From positions 90,522,001 through 90,586,000 of the forward strand of contig NW_024704743.1 in assembly GCF_018977255.1 (NCBI RefSeq): 64,000 bases of DNA, read 5' to 3'. The position numbers were made by a program, and so were the translations under genes. The notes beneath the pieces were generated by a model. The model saw only the letters and a program-made list of their open reading frames with translations. It did not search any database and was not told the DNA's origin. Positions 12,985 to 26,084 of the stretch are shown piece by piece (within the stretch, counting starts at the first letter, position 1; each line of letters starts with the position of its first letter). The DNA comes from Callorhinchus milii. Taxonomy: Eukaryota.

Positions 12985-13473
12985 CAGTATAAGGATGGTT
13001 GGTATCTTTATAAGTCTTCCCAGGCAAACAATACCGTGGTTTAATTTAAAATAATAATCCTTTCCATTTTGATTTCAAAGTGCAAGTAAGATAATAATGT
13101 TTTAATATACAGTATAAATATTTTTGATCCAACTTGTATGCCTTTATTCTAGTTTTGACAGTTCTGTGGTATTGGCCGGACTTTTGAACAGGATTCCTTA
13201 ATAAGGAATCTGAATCGCTCAAATGGTGATTTTTTTTCAAAGATCAGAAAAAGGTCCAGTGAATCCGATCCATGGAAATTCTGCTCCTGAAGATAAGCGG
13301 ACTCAACACAAACCAGGAATTAGACCTGTGACGTTTTGGTGTGTCTGCCTTAGTGCTACCCACTAAGCAATCACAATAGCAGCCTTCTCAAAACATGAAT
13401 CTTTTAACATGTGTACATAGCAAACATCAGAAGATAATAGCAAATGAAACCAGGCAAAGCTTGACTACTAAAA

Positions 13474-13490
13474 AATGCCATCTAGTGGTT
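13474..13490 (-). promoter_or_regulatory. CTCF-like motif (CCACTAGATGGCA)
   Basis: Close match to the CTCF core consensus; motif evidence only. Confidence 0.4.
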
Positions 13491-15282
13491 GCACTTCTTC
13501 CAACTCCAGTATGCTGATATCAGTCTGCACTGGAACTCAAATCCTTGCAACCTACGTACATCTTGTGTTCAATGGCGTGGAAACAAGATACAATTACTAA
13601 CTAGATCTTGCAAATTTGACTCGGGGCACAGAATTCCCAGGAGAGCTTGCAGTGACTGCGTCACAGATTTCCTTTGACATGAGGCAGTATATATACTGTA
13701 AAATATAATCATTACCTTAGTTTATATAATAATAATCCTTGCATTTCATGTGGTGCCTTATCATGTCATTGAGACATCTCAAAGTGCTTCACAGAATATA
13801 TAGTAAAATGAATTGACTGTAGTTTGTGGACAAAACATGGCAGTCAAATGCACACAGCAGTGTCCCACAAACAGTCGTGGAGCGAGCGACAAAATTATTA
13901 TTATTTAAAAATTAAATCAGTAGTAGTATGCAGTATTAATAATGATGTTTTAATAAAAATTTGCACTGATATTTTTGTTTCTGCCTAGTTTCCATAGCTC
14001 TGTTGTGACAATATAATAGATCAACCTTGTTGTCTGGTTGTCTCATTACTCACACAAGATGACAAGTTTTTTTTGGATGAAGAAGGCCTTTCAGCCCATT
14101 CGTTGTCATCTATCCAGAATACCCACTCTCCTGTCTTTCCATAACATCATCAACCTGTCTTTTAAATGAGTTCAGTGTCCAGGCCTCAACCACCCTTCCT
14201 GGTAACCTATTCCAGTTGCTTATTCCCATTGGGATAAAGAAATACTGTACTTGCAGGTGGAAGAATATCACAGCTGAGGATAGTGGGAAAGGTAATTTTA
14301 AAATACTTTTACTCACTGAGCTCAGACATCACGTGGGAAGTGCACACCAGTTCAATCACATTCAGCATTTAACTGATGAAACATGAATTACTTACTCTTG
14401 ACATTACCTGTGGGATAGAAATACATTTGTGTCTTCTACAATATAAAACACCCTTAAACTCTGCCAAGTAATTTAAGTGTCTAAACAACAAAATATCAGA
14501 AGAAAAGTTAAAGAAATTGAATAAGGTATGGCTGAGACTTGTAATACTGATACTCTTCTTCGATATATACAAGTGAATCCTGAGAGCAAAAGGTCAGCCA
14601 ACGGGTTTGAACTGTGATTGGCTTCAAATTGGTCCTTATCTATTAATTCACTCCTTTCTCTAGTCTCAAATGGTGTGATTATATCTCATTCGTTGTTAAA
14701 AGTGCTTCAAAAAAGGGCTCAGTTTTCTGTTTCAAGGAAAAAACCTTTTTTCCCCTTGACATTCCTTTACTCTTTAATTAGGTCAACTCCATACAAGACG
14801 CAAAACTGCTCCCATATCCAGAGAACCTTGTCTCGACTTCTTTCAGCATACAAGGAAAGCAATTGTCTGATAGATGATCTCACTCTTACCCTTTGATTTC
14901 AAACCTCTCGGTTCAAATGTTCTTGGGTTTTTTTCTGCGATTATGATCATTACACGATTATGATCATTACTCCTTTGAAGTTTTCAATCTCAAGCTCACA
15001 AAATGATTCCTGGATGCAACTAAATCAAAACCCAACCACTCTCTCCTAATCTAATCCATTCTTTCCATGGACCTCGACGTTGCAAATGTCCTTATCTCCC
15101 TCAACTTCCTTCCTCCTACAAAGCTTTTAAATGTCAAACTTTCTTTTACCAATGATATTTAAATTGTTTATTTAGTAGACTGCATTAGGGGCTTTCCTAT
15201 GTTTCTGTGTGGTGATTTTAAAAGGTTATTATACCACGTCAAATACTACATGTTGTTCATTCAGTATTTCAGTGGATAAGTG

Positions 15283-15721
15283 GGTGAAACCCACCACCTG
15301 CTCCCTTGAACCCCTCCCCACTCCACTCCTTATCGCTCAGCTCCACCTCCTTGCCCCACTTCTCACAGACATCATCAAACTGTCCCTCTCCTAAAAGCTG
15401 CCACCATCACTCCCACTTTGAAAAAACCCTCCCTTGATGCGTCGCAGCTATCAAGCTTCCGGCCCATTTCCAACCTCCCCTTCCTGTCCAAGGTCCTTGA
15501 AAGAGTTGTTGCCTTCCAGCTGCTCTCTTTCCTCTCCACCCATGCATTATTCAAACCCGTTCAGTCGGGTTTCCGTGCTGCCCATAGCACAGAAACCGCC
15601 CTGGTCAAGGTCACTAATGACATCTTGACCATCTGCGACCAGAGTTCCCTCTGCCTCCTCGTCCTCCTCGACCTATCGGCTGCATTCGATACGGTCGATC
15701 ACATTATCCTCCTCCACCGCT
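15283..15721 (+). mobile_element. L2 LINE RT fragment
   Basis: KKPSLD..FRPISNLPFLSKVLE..QSGFRAAHSTETAL..LLDLSAAFDTVDH. Confidence 0.92.
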
Positions 15722-15949
15722 TGAATACTGCAGATGATGGAAATCTGAAATAAGAACAGTTCTGACAAAAGGTTATCACCTAAAACAATACCTCACTTTC
15801 CTCTCTCCGTAGATGTTGCCTGACCTGTTAAGTGTTCTCAGCAACTTCCATTTTTATAATAATAATCCTTGCATTTGATAGAACGCCTAATTATGTCTTC
15901 GAGATGTCTGAAAGCGCTTCCCAGGCTATACTGTAAAGTGAATTGATTG

Positions 15950-16780
15950 TAAATGAGTAAAGTAAAGTGAAGTTTATTGTGGAGAAATGCAAAGTGATGC
16001 ATTTTGGGAGGAAGAATGAAGAGAGGCAATATAAGCTGATGGTACAATCTTAGAGGGGATGAAGGAACAGAGAGACCTGGGGATTCATATAAGTAAATGT
16101 TTGAAGGTGGCAGGACAGGTAGATAAAACTGTTAGAAAAGCATACGGGATACAAGGCTTTATAAAAAGGGGCATAGAATACAAAAGTCAGGAAGTTATGA
16201 TGAACCTTTATAAACCACTGGTTCGGCCTCAGCTGGAGACTGTGTTCAGTTCTGGTCCCCACACTTTAGGAAGGATGTCAAGGCATTGGAGAGGGTGCAA
16301 AGGAGATTTACCAGGATGGTACCAGGAATGAGGGACTTCAGTTATGAGGAGAGGCTAGAGAAGCGAGGATTATTCTCCTTGGAGCAGAGGAGGTTAAGAG
16401 GAGACTTAATAGACGTTTTCAAAATTATGAGGAGATTCGATAGGGTGAACAAGGAAAATATATTCCCACTGGCAGGTGGGTCAGTAACCCGAGGACACAG
16501 ATTTAAAATAGTTGTTAAAAGAAACAGAGGGAAGGTGAGGAGAAATGTTTTCACACAGTGAGTTGTTCGGATCTGGAATGCATTGCCTGAAAGGTAGAAG
16601 CCGATTCGATAACAAATTTTAAGAGAGAAGTAGATAATTATTTGGGGAGGACAAGTTTGCAGGGCTATGGGGAGAGAGCAGGGGAGTGGGATTGAGTTGG
16701 ATAGCTCTTTTCAAAGAGCCGGTACAGACACGATGGGCCGAATGGCCTCCTTCTGTGCTGTATAATTCTACGATTCTATG
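15950..16780 (+). mobile_element. CR1 LINE 3' part nested inside a minus-strand SINE (SINE pieces about 15855-15950 and 16781-17053)
   Basis: ERVQRRFTRMVPG..LFSLEQRRLRGDLI..TRGHRFK; ATTCTA-type tail; SINE sequence resumes on both sides. Confidence 0.9.
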
Positions 16781-17061
16781 GCTGTATATTTTGTGGGCGA
16801 AATGCGGGAGCCAACTGAACACAGCAGTATCCCACAAACAGTCGTGGATTGATTGACCCAATTTTTTTTAAGGGATTATTACTCCCAGAAAAGCGATCTG
16901 CCAATCGACTAACAACCAGGTTCCTACTTACTGCTAGGTAAACAGAGGTGTGTGGAGTAAGGAAACTTGCCTAACATTTTGCCCTACCCGGGAATCGAAC
17001 CCAGGTCCTTTCCCTTATGAGGCGAGTGCTCTATCTAATATGCTACAGGACTCAAACTGTT

Positions 17062-17521
17062 TGAAAGGCACGATCATTGCATAGGCTGCAATTGATGGGT
17101 GAATACAAACTGGAAATTATAATAGAACTGTAAGAAAAGGGATAAAATCATTGTTTGATATGATGTTGGATGTGTGAAAGTATTCAAACCAAATGGAGTG
17201 GAGGCTTGTATCCCTGGATTCTGTGACATGTTTGGTGAAGACTATAAAAGAACTAAACAAATGTTAAGAGGTTGGATATGTTGTAATATCGTGGGCTAAA
17301 TGAATTAGCTACTCGTTTGAGCCAAAGGATTACAAAGAATAATGGTGTATAAGTTGCTCCTAGTGTCCCCAGTGAAGGTCGCGATCAGCCTGAGTCCTGA
17401 ATCATCTCCTGAAGTTGTAAGCATGAAACTTGTAACTGTTTAATAACCGTCTTATTGATTAATAAATGAACCCTTTGATTTATCCATCATCTCTGTCTAC
17501 TATCTTACCTCAGGGCCAACA
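17062..17521 (+). mobile_element. Probable solo LTR (460 bp)
   Basis: TGAAAGG...CCAACA termini; flanks ctgtt/ctgta; CTATAAAA at about 17242; AATAAA at 17461. Confidence 0.6.
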
Positions 17522-18165
17522 CTGTAGAAAATATGCAAATTTCATATGCAAATATTGCAAATAACTAATAACGTTTAAGATGCGTAAAACACTACTTCCT
17601 CTCACTGAACATTTATTTGTTTTTCTTTAAGTGTCAATTGGGTAAAGCATAACAGGGCAGGGAATGCATTCACAGAGTCAAGTGTGGCATAGAATAGATC
17701 CGAATCAATTGGTCTGCTGCTTTACTAGCAAATGCTGGAAGTGTCCATTCAACTACTGTATCTATTTTTACTGAAATAGTTATTTTCAATATCCCTTTAT
17801 ACATGTGTCTCAGCAAAAAATTCTATTTGCTGACATTCATTTAGTTGACCTTTATATGTGCAGTGTATAGGTGGCCAATTTCCGAACCTCTCTTTTATAA
17901 CATTCATGACACATTGAATACATTTATATTTTCGCGGGCAGGAATAGGTATATATTTTTCATATACTGGCATGATAAAATGTAATATTTTCTCATGTTTT
18001 GTTTCATTAACATTGCATTTCCATTGCCTTTCACTCTCAATGCTTTGATGCTACTTTTCACTGGTCAATGAGTTGGTAAATGGAGGACATCAATTTAAAA
18101 TCACTTCTAAAATATATGGAAAAGGATAGAATATATTCTTTTTACATAGGCTTATTAGAACATGG

Positions 18166-18477
18166 AATAATAATAATAATAATCCTTGCATTTGATATAG
18201 CGCTTTTCACGTCAGGAGGACGTCCCAAAGTGCTTCACAGAACACACTGTAAAGTGAATTGACTGTATATTTGTGGGCGAACGCGGCAGCCAATTGCGCA
18301 CAGCAATGTCCCACAAACAGTCGTAGATTGAAAATGACCAATTTATTGTTGTTTTTGGTTTTGGAGGGATTATTATTAGGCGTATGGAGTAAGGAAACTT
18401 GCCCAAGGTTTCGCCCTGCCTGGAATTGAACTCACTTGCAAAGCGAGTGCTCTAACCACTGAGCTGCAGGACTCCAC
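18166..18477 (-). mobile_element. tRNA-Ala-derived Deu-domain SINE with L2 tail (young)
   Basis: A box TAGCTCAGTGG-like and B box GTTCAATTCC; central CTGTTTGTGGGACATTGCTGTGCGCAATTGGCTGCC; (TTA)n tail; many near-identical copies in the window. Confidence 0.9.
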
Positions 18478-18730
18478 AGAATAATCTACTAGAAACAGTA
18501 GTATAGCAGAATTCATAAAACTGCAACCTTTAAAAGTGAATTAGACAAAATTTGAAAATATTTATTAGATACATTTGAAAATAAAATTTAAAGATAACTG
18601 GCACAGCCACTAAGGGCCTTTCTCCGTTCTGTAAAAGATTTCTATGATTCTACAATCGTAACTAAGGTCTACAACTAGTCTACATCCCATGATGAAAATT
18701 GGTTTGGATTAACCATGTGCAAAAATTGTT

Positions 18731-19388
18731 GAGTGGTTAGAGCACTCGCCTCGCAAGCGAGAGACCTGGGTTCGATTTCCAGCAGGAGAAAACCTTGGGC
18801 AAGTTTCCTACTCAACACGCCTGATAATAATCCTTCAAGACAAAAAAAACAATAATAATTTGGTCACTTCAATCCACGACTGTTTGTGGGACACTGCTGT
18901 ACGCAATTGGCTGCTGTGTTTCACCCACAACTATACAGTCAATTCACTTTACAATATATTCTGTGAAGCGCTTTGAGACGTCTAGAAAAAACGTCTAGAA
19001 ATCCCTCCACTCCTCTGCATCCTCTCTGACCTCCTCTCTCCTCAAAACAGTACCCGTTGCCTTCGTTCCTCCAGGTCTGGCCTCCTCCTCGTCCCCCGAG
19101 TCCTCTGCTCCACTCTCGGCGGCCGTGCCTTCAGCCACTATGCCCAGAGGCTCTGGAACTCCCTTCCTCACTCCCTTCGTCTCGCCCCCTCTCCTCCTAT
19201 TTTCAGGTCTCTGCTGAAGACTTTTCTTTTTGACTGCACCTTTGGTCACCTTCCTCCCCCTCCCCCTGGCTCGGCCCCGGGATCCGTTACTGTGAAGCTC
19301 TCTGAGACGCCGTCCGGCATGGAGGGAGCTATATAAATCCAAGCTGTTGTTGTTGTATATCAAATGCAAGTATTATTATTATTATTAT
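18731..19388 (+). mobile_element. Same SINE family with an L2 3' fragment (about 19000-19355) nested in its tail
   Basis: SINE body, then L2 3' end with GTT tail, then the remaining SINE tail tatatcaaatgcaag(tat)n. Confidence 0.85.
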
Positions 19389-21460
19389 CCACTTGTACAG
19401 GTTCTCTCAATTATGCAATGAACAGTCAATGGAAATTATAATTCTCCAATTATAATTCTCATCTCAGACCCCCCTCTGCCTCTCCCTTGCCTTCTTCAAG
19501 GTCCGTCTTAAGACTTTTCTTTTTGACCATGCCTTTGGTCATCCTCCTACCCCCAAACCCCTTGACCTCCACCTCTCTTGACTCCAACTCCCAGCTCAGG
19601 TGCACACCCTTGACACAGCAGCAACTTGGGATGTCATCCCGATGTGTAAGGCGCTATGTAAATGCAATCTCTTGGTGTTCTTGGTTAACATGCACCTGAA
19701 CAGGTACGTCAGTGTTTTACCATCTCATCTGAAGGACGGCACCTCTGACAATGCAACACAACGCCACTACTGCATTGGAGTTTCAGTTTAGATGACGCAA
19801 GTGAGATTTTCTGTCAACCAGCACTTGGGAGTAAAATAGTTTTTAAGAGAGTTGTGTTGTTCATAAGCACAGAAATTACCTCCAGCAAGAACAACCAGCT
19901 CATAGCATCTTTGGTTACTTTTCATCTTCTGGCTTTTGAGCTACTTTTACAATACTCATTCCCTTAACTCTTTGGAAGCTCCCATTAATCTACTTGAAAG
20001 GATTCCCTCAGGCTGCCTTATTCATGGACAATACCAGCTTCATGCAGTTCCCAAGCAACTGTAATTCACTTATGTGTTAATATCAAGCACATTACTGATA
20101 TAATAAATAACAAATGTTTGGAACTGGTTGGAAGTTGTGGAGCAGGATTTCATTTTTCTGCTTCTAATGGTTTTGTTAGTAGAGCTGAGCTCAGTGCTGT
20201 GTGCAAAACTATTTTAAAATTAAGCTTGCTGCTGCAGTTGGATGTCATACCCCCTGCAGCCAAGAGCCTCCTGACACTAATTGACGGACACACTCATAAA
20301 TATTGCCCACTTGGGAAAACGAAAATTGGAGAAATATTGTTTGTAGAAAAATTAGTGTACGAACACAAAGTTAGATCACATGCCAGGGCCGGTACTGAAC
20401 AGATGCTCAGCAAGCTCGCCAGCTCCATTCCACTTAAAATTGGCTTGTCTTGTTTCAAAATGCATCATTGTACTTCAAATTCTGTTGTTCTCCCAACACG
20501 TTTTGAGCTCAATGATGGGATTTGAAGTGTGATGATTCATTTCAATGGTGTGATGTCGGGATTTGAAATTTTTAAGTAAGAAAATATCAGGATCCACAAC
20601 CTGAGCGCATTATAAGCAAACCACCTTATAGAACCCAGAGATCAAGTGTACTAAATAAATTTGGTCATTCACTCCGTAGCTGTTTGTGGGACAATGTTGT
20701 GCATAAATTGGCTGCCACATTCACCCACAAAGCAGTCACAACACCTTACAGTATATTCTTCAGCCATGAAAGCTGCCAACAAAATGTAAGGATTGTTACT
20801 TTAGTATAGTATTATAATCTGTAATAATATGCCGTGGAGGAATTGGCCAGTTTCACATCACTATTCTGTTACCTCTAATATGCAGTTACCCCTAACATGC
20901 TGTAGTGAGTGAATCCGAGTGTGAACCGGCTATGATACCGTCGGGCGCAAACATAAGTCACTTGAGTGAATTATTGCCTGACTCTATGGAAGTGAACCGC
21001 AGATGGAAGTTAATGATCCTATGGCATGATCCAAAAAGAGAAGGGAGGTTCTCCTGATGTCTTGGCCAACAATCCTCCAGATAAAAATTGGTCATTCAGT
21101 TCATGGCTGTTTGTAGGACACTGCTATGTGTGCAAAACTGGCTGTTCCGTTCACCTTGAAATAGTCACCACACTTTAGTGAAAATTTTGTGAAGAGCTTA
21201 GAGAAGTGTTGACGATGTGATATCAAATGCAAGGATTATTTTTATTAATACAGAGTTAAAACTACAGTTGAGGAACTAGGTTAACATTTTTTTCTCATAA
21301 GGCAAATACCTTCTATATCCATTAGTTTTCAGGGCTCCACTGATAGTTCTGTACATAATACAATAATATATCGGGTAGAAGACAATAAAGCAAAGGGCAT
21401 GTTATATTCTGATTAACTAATGCACAGAAAATTGAGACCATAATTAGCATTAATAAAACC

Positions 21461-21466
21461 TTTATT
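21461..21466 (-). terminator. Candidate CNDP2 poly(A) signal AATAAA
   Basis: tttatt on + strand with U/GU-rich sequence downstream on the minus strand. Other AATAAA sites exist (about 22052, 22624), so this assignment is tentative. Confidence 0.3.
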
Positions 21467-24087
21467 AACCAAGTTAATTTTAATCAGCAAATGCCTGACA
21501 GATTCTTAATACACCATTTAGAAACGAGTTTCCAGCTTTATATACTCAGGGCAATTTAAACAAGCCTAACCATTCTCAACAATTGCATATACATGATCTG
21601 AAGAGTCTTGTATGGTTTTTTAAAAAAATGCACAATTGACATCTTTTCAGTGCTGGATCTAATCAGAAGACATCCAAGACTGAACGTTCACCACTCAAAG
21701 TGTTGCTGAGTGCTCCAGACTTGGCTGCCTGATTATATCCAAGTACTGAAGAATCCTGAGTGCCATGGAAACTGGTCTATCTGTTTGCTGTTGATAACCT
21801 GTGGTACAGTTCCTTTTACCGTCCTCTCGGTGGACGATTATGGAGAGGCGATCAGACACTTAATGAGGCACAAAAGTTCCTCTGAGGAAGGGAAATGCTT
21901 CAGGGCAGCCAAGTGCAGGGGCATTGGGAACTTTTTAACACATTTCTACTTTTGGCACCTACTGTCCACCTGACATTAGGTATATCACAGAGCAGATGCA
22001 AATGAAGAGCTCACAAGCTAGTTTAAAGGAAGCACTTGATCAGCCCAGAAATTTATTTGATGGGAAATTTTTGTCATCCGTTCTGCTATTATTTGACTTA
22101 AATTGAATAACATCCATTGAAAATCAGAATAAATCTGAATCTCAACCTCCAGACTCCTTCATTTGAAATTCGTTCAGCAACATTTCTCGATTCTGGCTAT
22201 TTGCCTGTACGCCATACACAATCTAGATCAGAGCAATACAGTAATGCAAAAATAATTTTTTGTTTTTGGCAGTAGGCTTGATGTTTTCTTGTTTATGAAT
22301 TTTGTAGAAGTCTTACATAAAATAAGCAATCTAGGCACAAGGAAACGGGCGAATGTGGAATCTTTTGGTTTAATTGAGGCTTTGGTTACGCAACTCTGAA
22401 TAGAGCTATAGTGCATCATCCAACAGAAAAGCTATGGGGTAGGTACATCAAGTATCTAGGATTAACATGATCAATTGTACAAAATACACTGTTTAAAACC
22501 CACACAACCTCCAAATGGATCACAAGTGTTAGTTGGGGGAAAACTAAGGGTGCTAAAGTAAACTTGCATTTTTATAACATTTGTCCATCATTGAAAAACA
22601 ACTCGGTGGTTCACAAGTTATTATTTATTACCAGCGATAGATTGTGAAGGCAAATGAAGGAGACATTCACACTAGCAGGGTCCCTCCAGACACTCGTGAA
22701 GAGAATAACTAATTAATATAGAGATTTGCTGCCCCAGACAACTGACCTCAAAGACTCCTGGGGTAGAATGAAGAATTTAACTCAGGTTTCTGATTTCTTT
22801 TTTAAATGCTTCTCAGTTTTAAATCTGAGAGGATTCTGTCTAATTCATCTTAAATTTCTCAGGAAAGGTTCTTCCTGGCTTTCTCCCTCCCTCAAGCATT
22901 ACCTTGGATTAGATAACCGTCAGTTATCCTCGTAACCCCAGTAAGTATGTGGCTGATCTTTGCGTAAGAATTTGGGAAGAGTGTTAAGAGTCAGCTGCAG
23001 GGAACATCAGAGAACAAACCAATCTGCTCCTTGTTTGATATCCACACAACAACAACAACAAAATTACATTTATAGAGCGCTTTTCATGTCGGGAGGACAT
23101 CCCAAAGCGCTGAATACACAGCCACTTTAAAGTTTGGGGTCATTGGATTGTGATCATGAATAAGATTCATGCCTGTTTTTAGCCCTCAAATAAATGTCAC
23201 CAACCAGATGGTACTTTCCTAACCACTGTAAAAATAAACCTGATTCCTCCAGCTAGTCCTCAATATACATTCCTACAAGAATATTTTTGTAATCAATGTG
23301 ACCATTGCCCCAATCCTACCATTGCTCTGGTTGAGTTCAGATAAATCAGATAAATTTACTTAAGGATTAAATCTGGTACCCGTCTATCTTAATCTCACCA
23401 ATTACCAAAAGAGCCTTTCTTCCTTTTCACCAGGTCACAAGTCTGCAGCCTGGTCTACAACACGGAGTTCACCCATTTCCAAACTTATACAAAATGCTCT
23501 TACAGTTCCAGCTTCAGATTTAAGAAACATTAGGCTGGAGAGACCTAAAGAGTGGGGGCAAAACACAGTTGAGCATTTTAATTCTAATGGATCAGCATTT
23601 TACACAAATTTTCAAATTTGATATGTGGGGGAAGGAGAGGAGGTGAGCAACTCAAGAGCCTATGATTTCAAAGTTTGTTTTCACTCCAGAAATGTTAAGG
23701 CTTTGACAATTTTCAAAACTTAAAATTGAGGACAAATAGTACTTTATGATGCCACTGCCCTAGAACTGGGGCAAATATTACCTGAAAAAAAAATGAAATC
23801 ACAGAAAATAATCCTGGCTGTCTACTACAAGCATATTGTTCATTAGTCCAAGAAGACTGTTCTTGGACTAATGAACATTTGCATGAAATATGGGCGTGGA
23901 AACTTTGTTTTCTCAAAGATTAATTAAAAAAATCATTTTTCTCTCAACTTTACAGGTTAATTGAAAACACCATTACAATGTGATATAACTGTTTCTAATA
24001 GTTGCCTCTGTACAGTATACAAATCAGAAGGAATCCTATGCTTTGCAGATGGCTTCAGTAATCCAAACATCCATTCCAAGGCAGCTG

Positions 24088-24154
24088 TCAATCCAAACAA
24101 GAAACTTCATGGAAGTAAGCACAAACAAGCTTGATTCCTTGAATGTAGTTGGTC
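24088..24154 (-). CDS. CNDP2: CNDP2 last coding exon (RTNYIQGIKLVCAYFHEVSCLD*)
   Basis: tcttacag acceptor, 67 nt to TGA; total CDS 1425 nt, in frame. Confidence 0.94.
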
Positions 24155-25471
24155 CTGTAAGAGAAACAAAAACAATTAAAAGTAATCCATCGATTGAAGT
24201 CTACCATTCTGATCCTGCACTAATATGCCAAAGGTTTGTAGGAACTTTTAAGAGGGAGTACTACAAAATGGGATGCCTGATGTGCACAATTACTTTTCCT
24301 AAATAAAATCAACCCTAAAGCACATTTGGTAGGCCCAGATCTTTCAGCTTCCAACTTGTCCATCCATGGAGTGTGTGTTCTATGCCATCCATAGAATATA
24401 TGTGCCTCCTGTTTTTACTCCCTGGAGAGAGACTGAATGAGTGGACTGGGACAATGGTCACATTGATTACAAAAATATTCTTGTAGGAATGTATATTGAG
24501 GACTAGCAAGTTTATTTTTACAGTGGTTAGGGAGGTACCACCTGGTTGGTGAAAACGCTTACCAAGGCTTTATTATGTAATAAAAACAAGTTGATTAAAA
24601 TACTGCATGTTGCACTGGAGGAAATCTTCTAGCCTCCTTTGGAAACTATTGCTGGGACAAAATAGTACACAAAACACAATTATTGCACTTTGCAGTATAC
24701 CCTGTAAAGTGCTTTAGGACATCCTTTACACGAAAGGCACTATACAAAATGTAAATATTATTATTGTATTCAATGGTATAATTTGCAAAAAAAGTTATTA
24801 ATTTCATGTGTCTGTATTTACTGCACTTTTGGTACATAATCTTCTCTCCCTAGAAATCCAACGTTTTGGAATCTTTAAGAGGGAAAATAGTATTCCTGTC
24901 TGAAACAGTGACTTCCTGAATGTCACCTAGTTTTGCAGAGTACAGTAGGTAGAGAGAGATTCTAGAGTTTAGTCTAATTGGCTGAGTTGTTGAGGTTCAG
25001 GAGAACTATGAAATACAGAAATTATCACAAGAGAAAGTCATTCAGTCTGTCAAACCTAAACTAGTGTTAGCTCAATCAACATTGCTAACTACTCTAATCC
25101 CATTTCTCTGCTCTTTCCATGTGTTCTCTTATATTTTTAAGTCTTCAAAAGTTTTATCCGCTTTCGCTTTTAAACATCATGGTATTAGACTCATCAGATA
25201 CTTATAGTAAAGCAATCCATCTTCTAACAACTCTCTGCCTGAAAAAAAATCATGGTGTATCCCTAGGATACATTTCCTTATTGTACAACTAAAGATTCAT
25301 ATGATTCATGAGATGACTGGACAAGCAAGTTAAATTGTGCACAATATAAAGAGTCATGAAAACGTTAATTTCTACAAAGTATTCATTTAAACCGAGGGAT
25401 TTTCCACACAGCACCAAAAGATCCTTTCTTGTGAGTTTAGCCAGGATTATTCAACTCAACAGACTCAAATA

Positions 25472-25777
25472 GGAGTCCTGTAGCTCAGTGGTTAGAGAAC
25501 TCGCCTCGCAAGTGAGAGACCTGGGTTCGATTCCCGGCAGGGCAAAACCGTGGGCAAGTTTCCTTACTCCACACGCTTGATAATAATCCCTCATGAAAAA
25601 AAAACAATAATTTGGTCACTTAACCACAACTGTTTGTGGGACACTGCTGTGCACAATCGGCTGTCGCTTTTCGACCACAAAATATAGTCAATTCACTTTA
25701 CAGTCTATTCTGTGAAGCGCTTTGAGGCGTCTAGAAAACGTAAAAAGCGCTATATCAAATCAAGGATTATTATTATA
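25472..25777 (+). mobile_element. tRNA-Ala/Deu SINE, full length, CNDP2 last intron
   Basis: Full head, body and tail. Confidence 0.9.
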
Positions 25778-25893
25778 ATAAACAGAAATAATAAAAACAG
25801 ACACGTGGTAAAGATGGCAATGCAGAGACAATCGGCATCTGTGAGTTGCAATGTGGCTGAAGCGTTAGACATGACTAAATGATGACTTTGTAC

Positions 25894-26041
25894 CGGTTGA
25901 TTTTCTCATTTTGTGAATGAGCGCCATCATCTGCAGCTCCCATCGGCAGCAGCATAACATTTTTTCCTGTAGCTTCCTGGAAAGTCAAAGTTACGGGGAT
26001 GCTTCCGCCTTCTCTCGTCATGTCCGGGTCAACTCCAAACA
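25894..26041 (-). CDS. CNDP2: CNDP2 coding exon 10 ([49 protein letters not shown])
   Basis: 148 nt; REGGSIP and GAHSQNEK (metal-ligand His) motifs; acceptor is GAG. Confidence 0.96.
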
Positions 26042-26084
26042 CTCAAGAGAAAGAAACAAAATATGGCAACTAGAATTCATTTAA

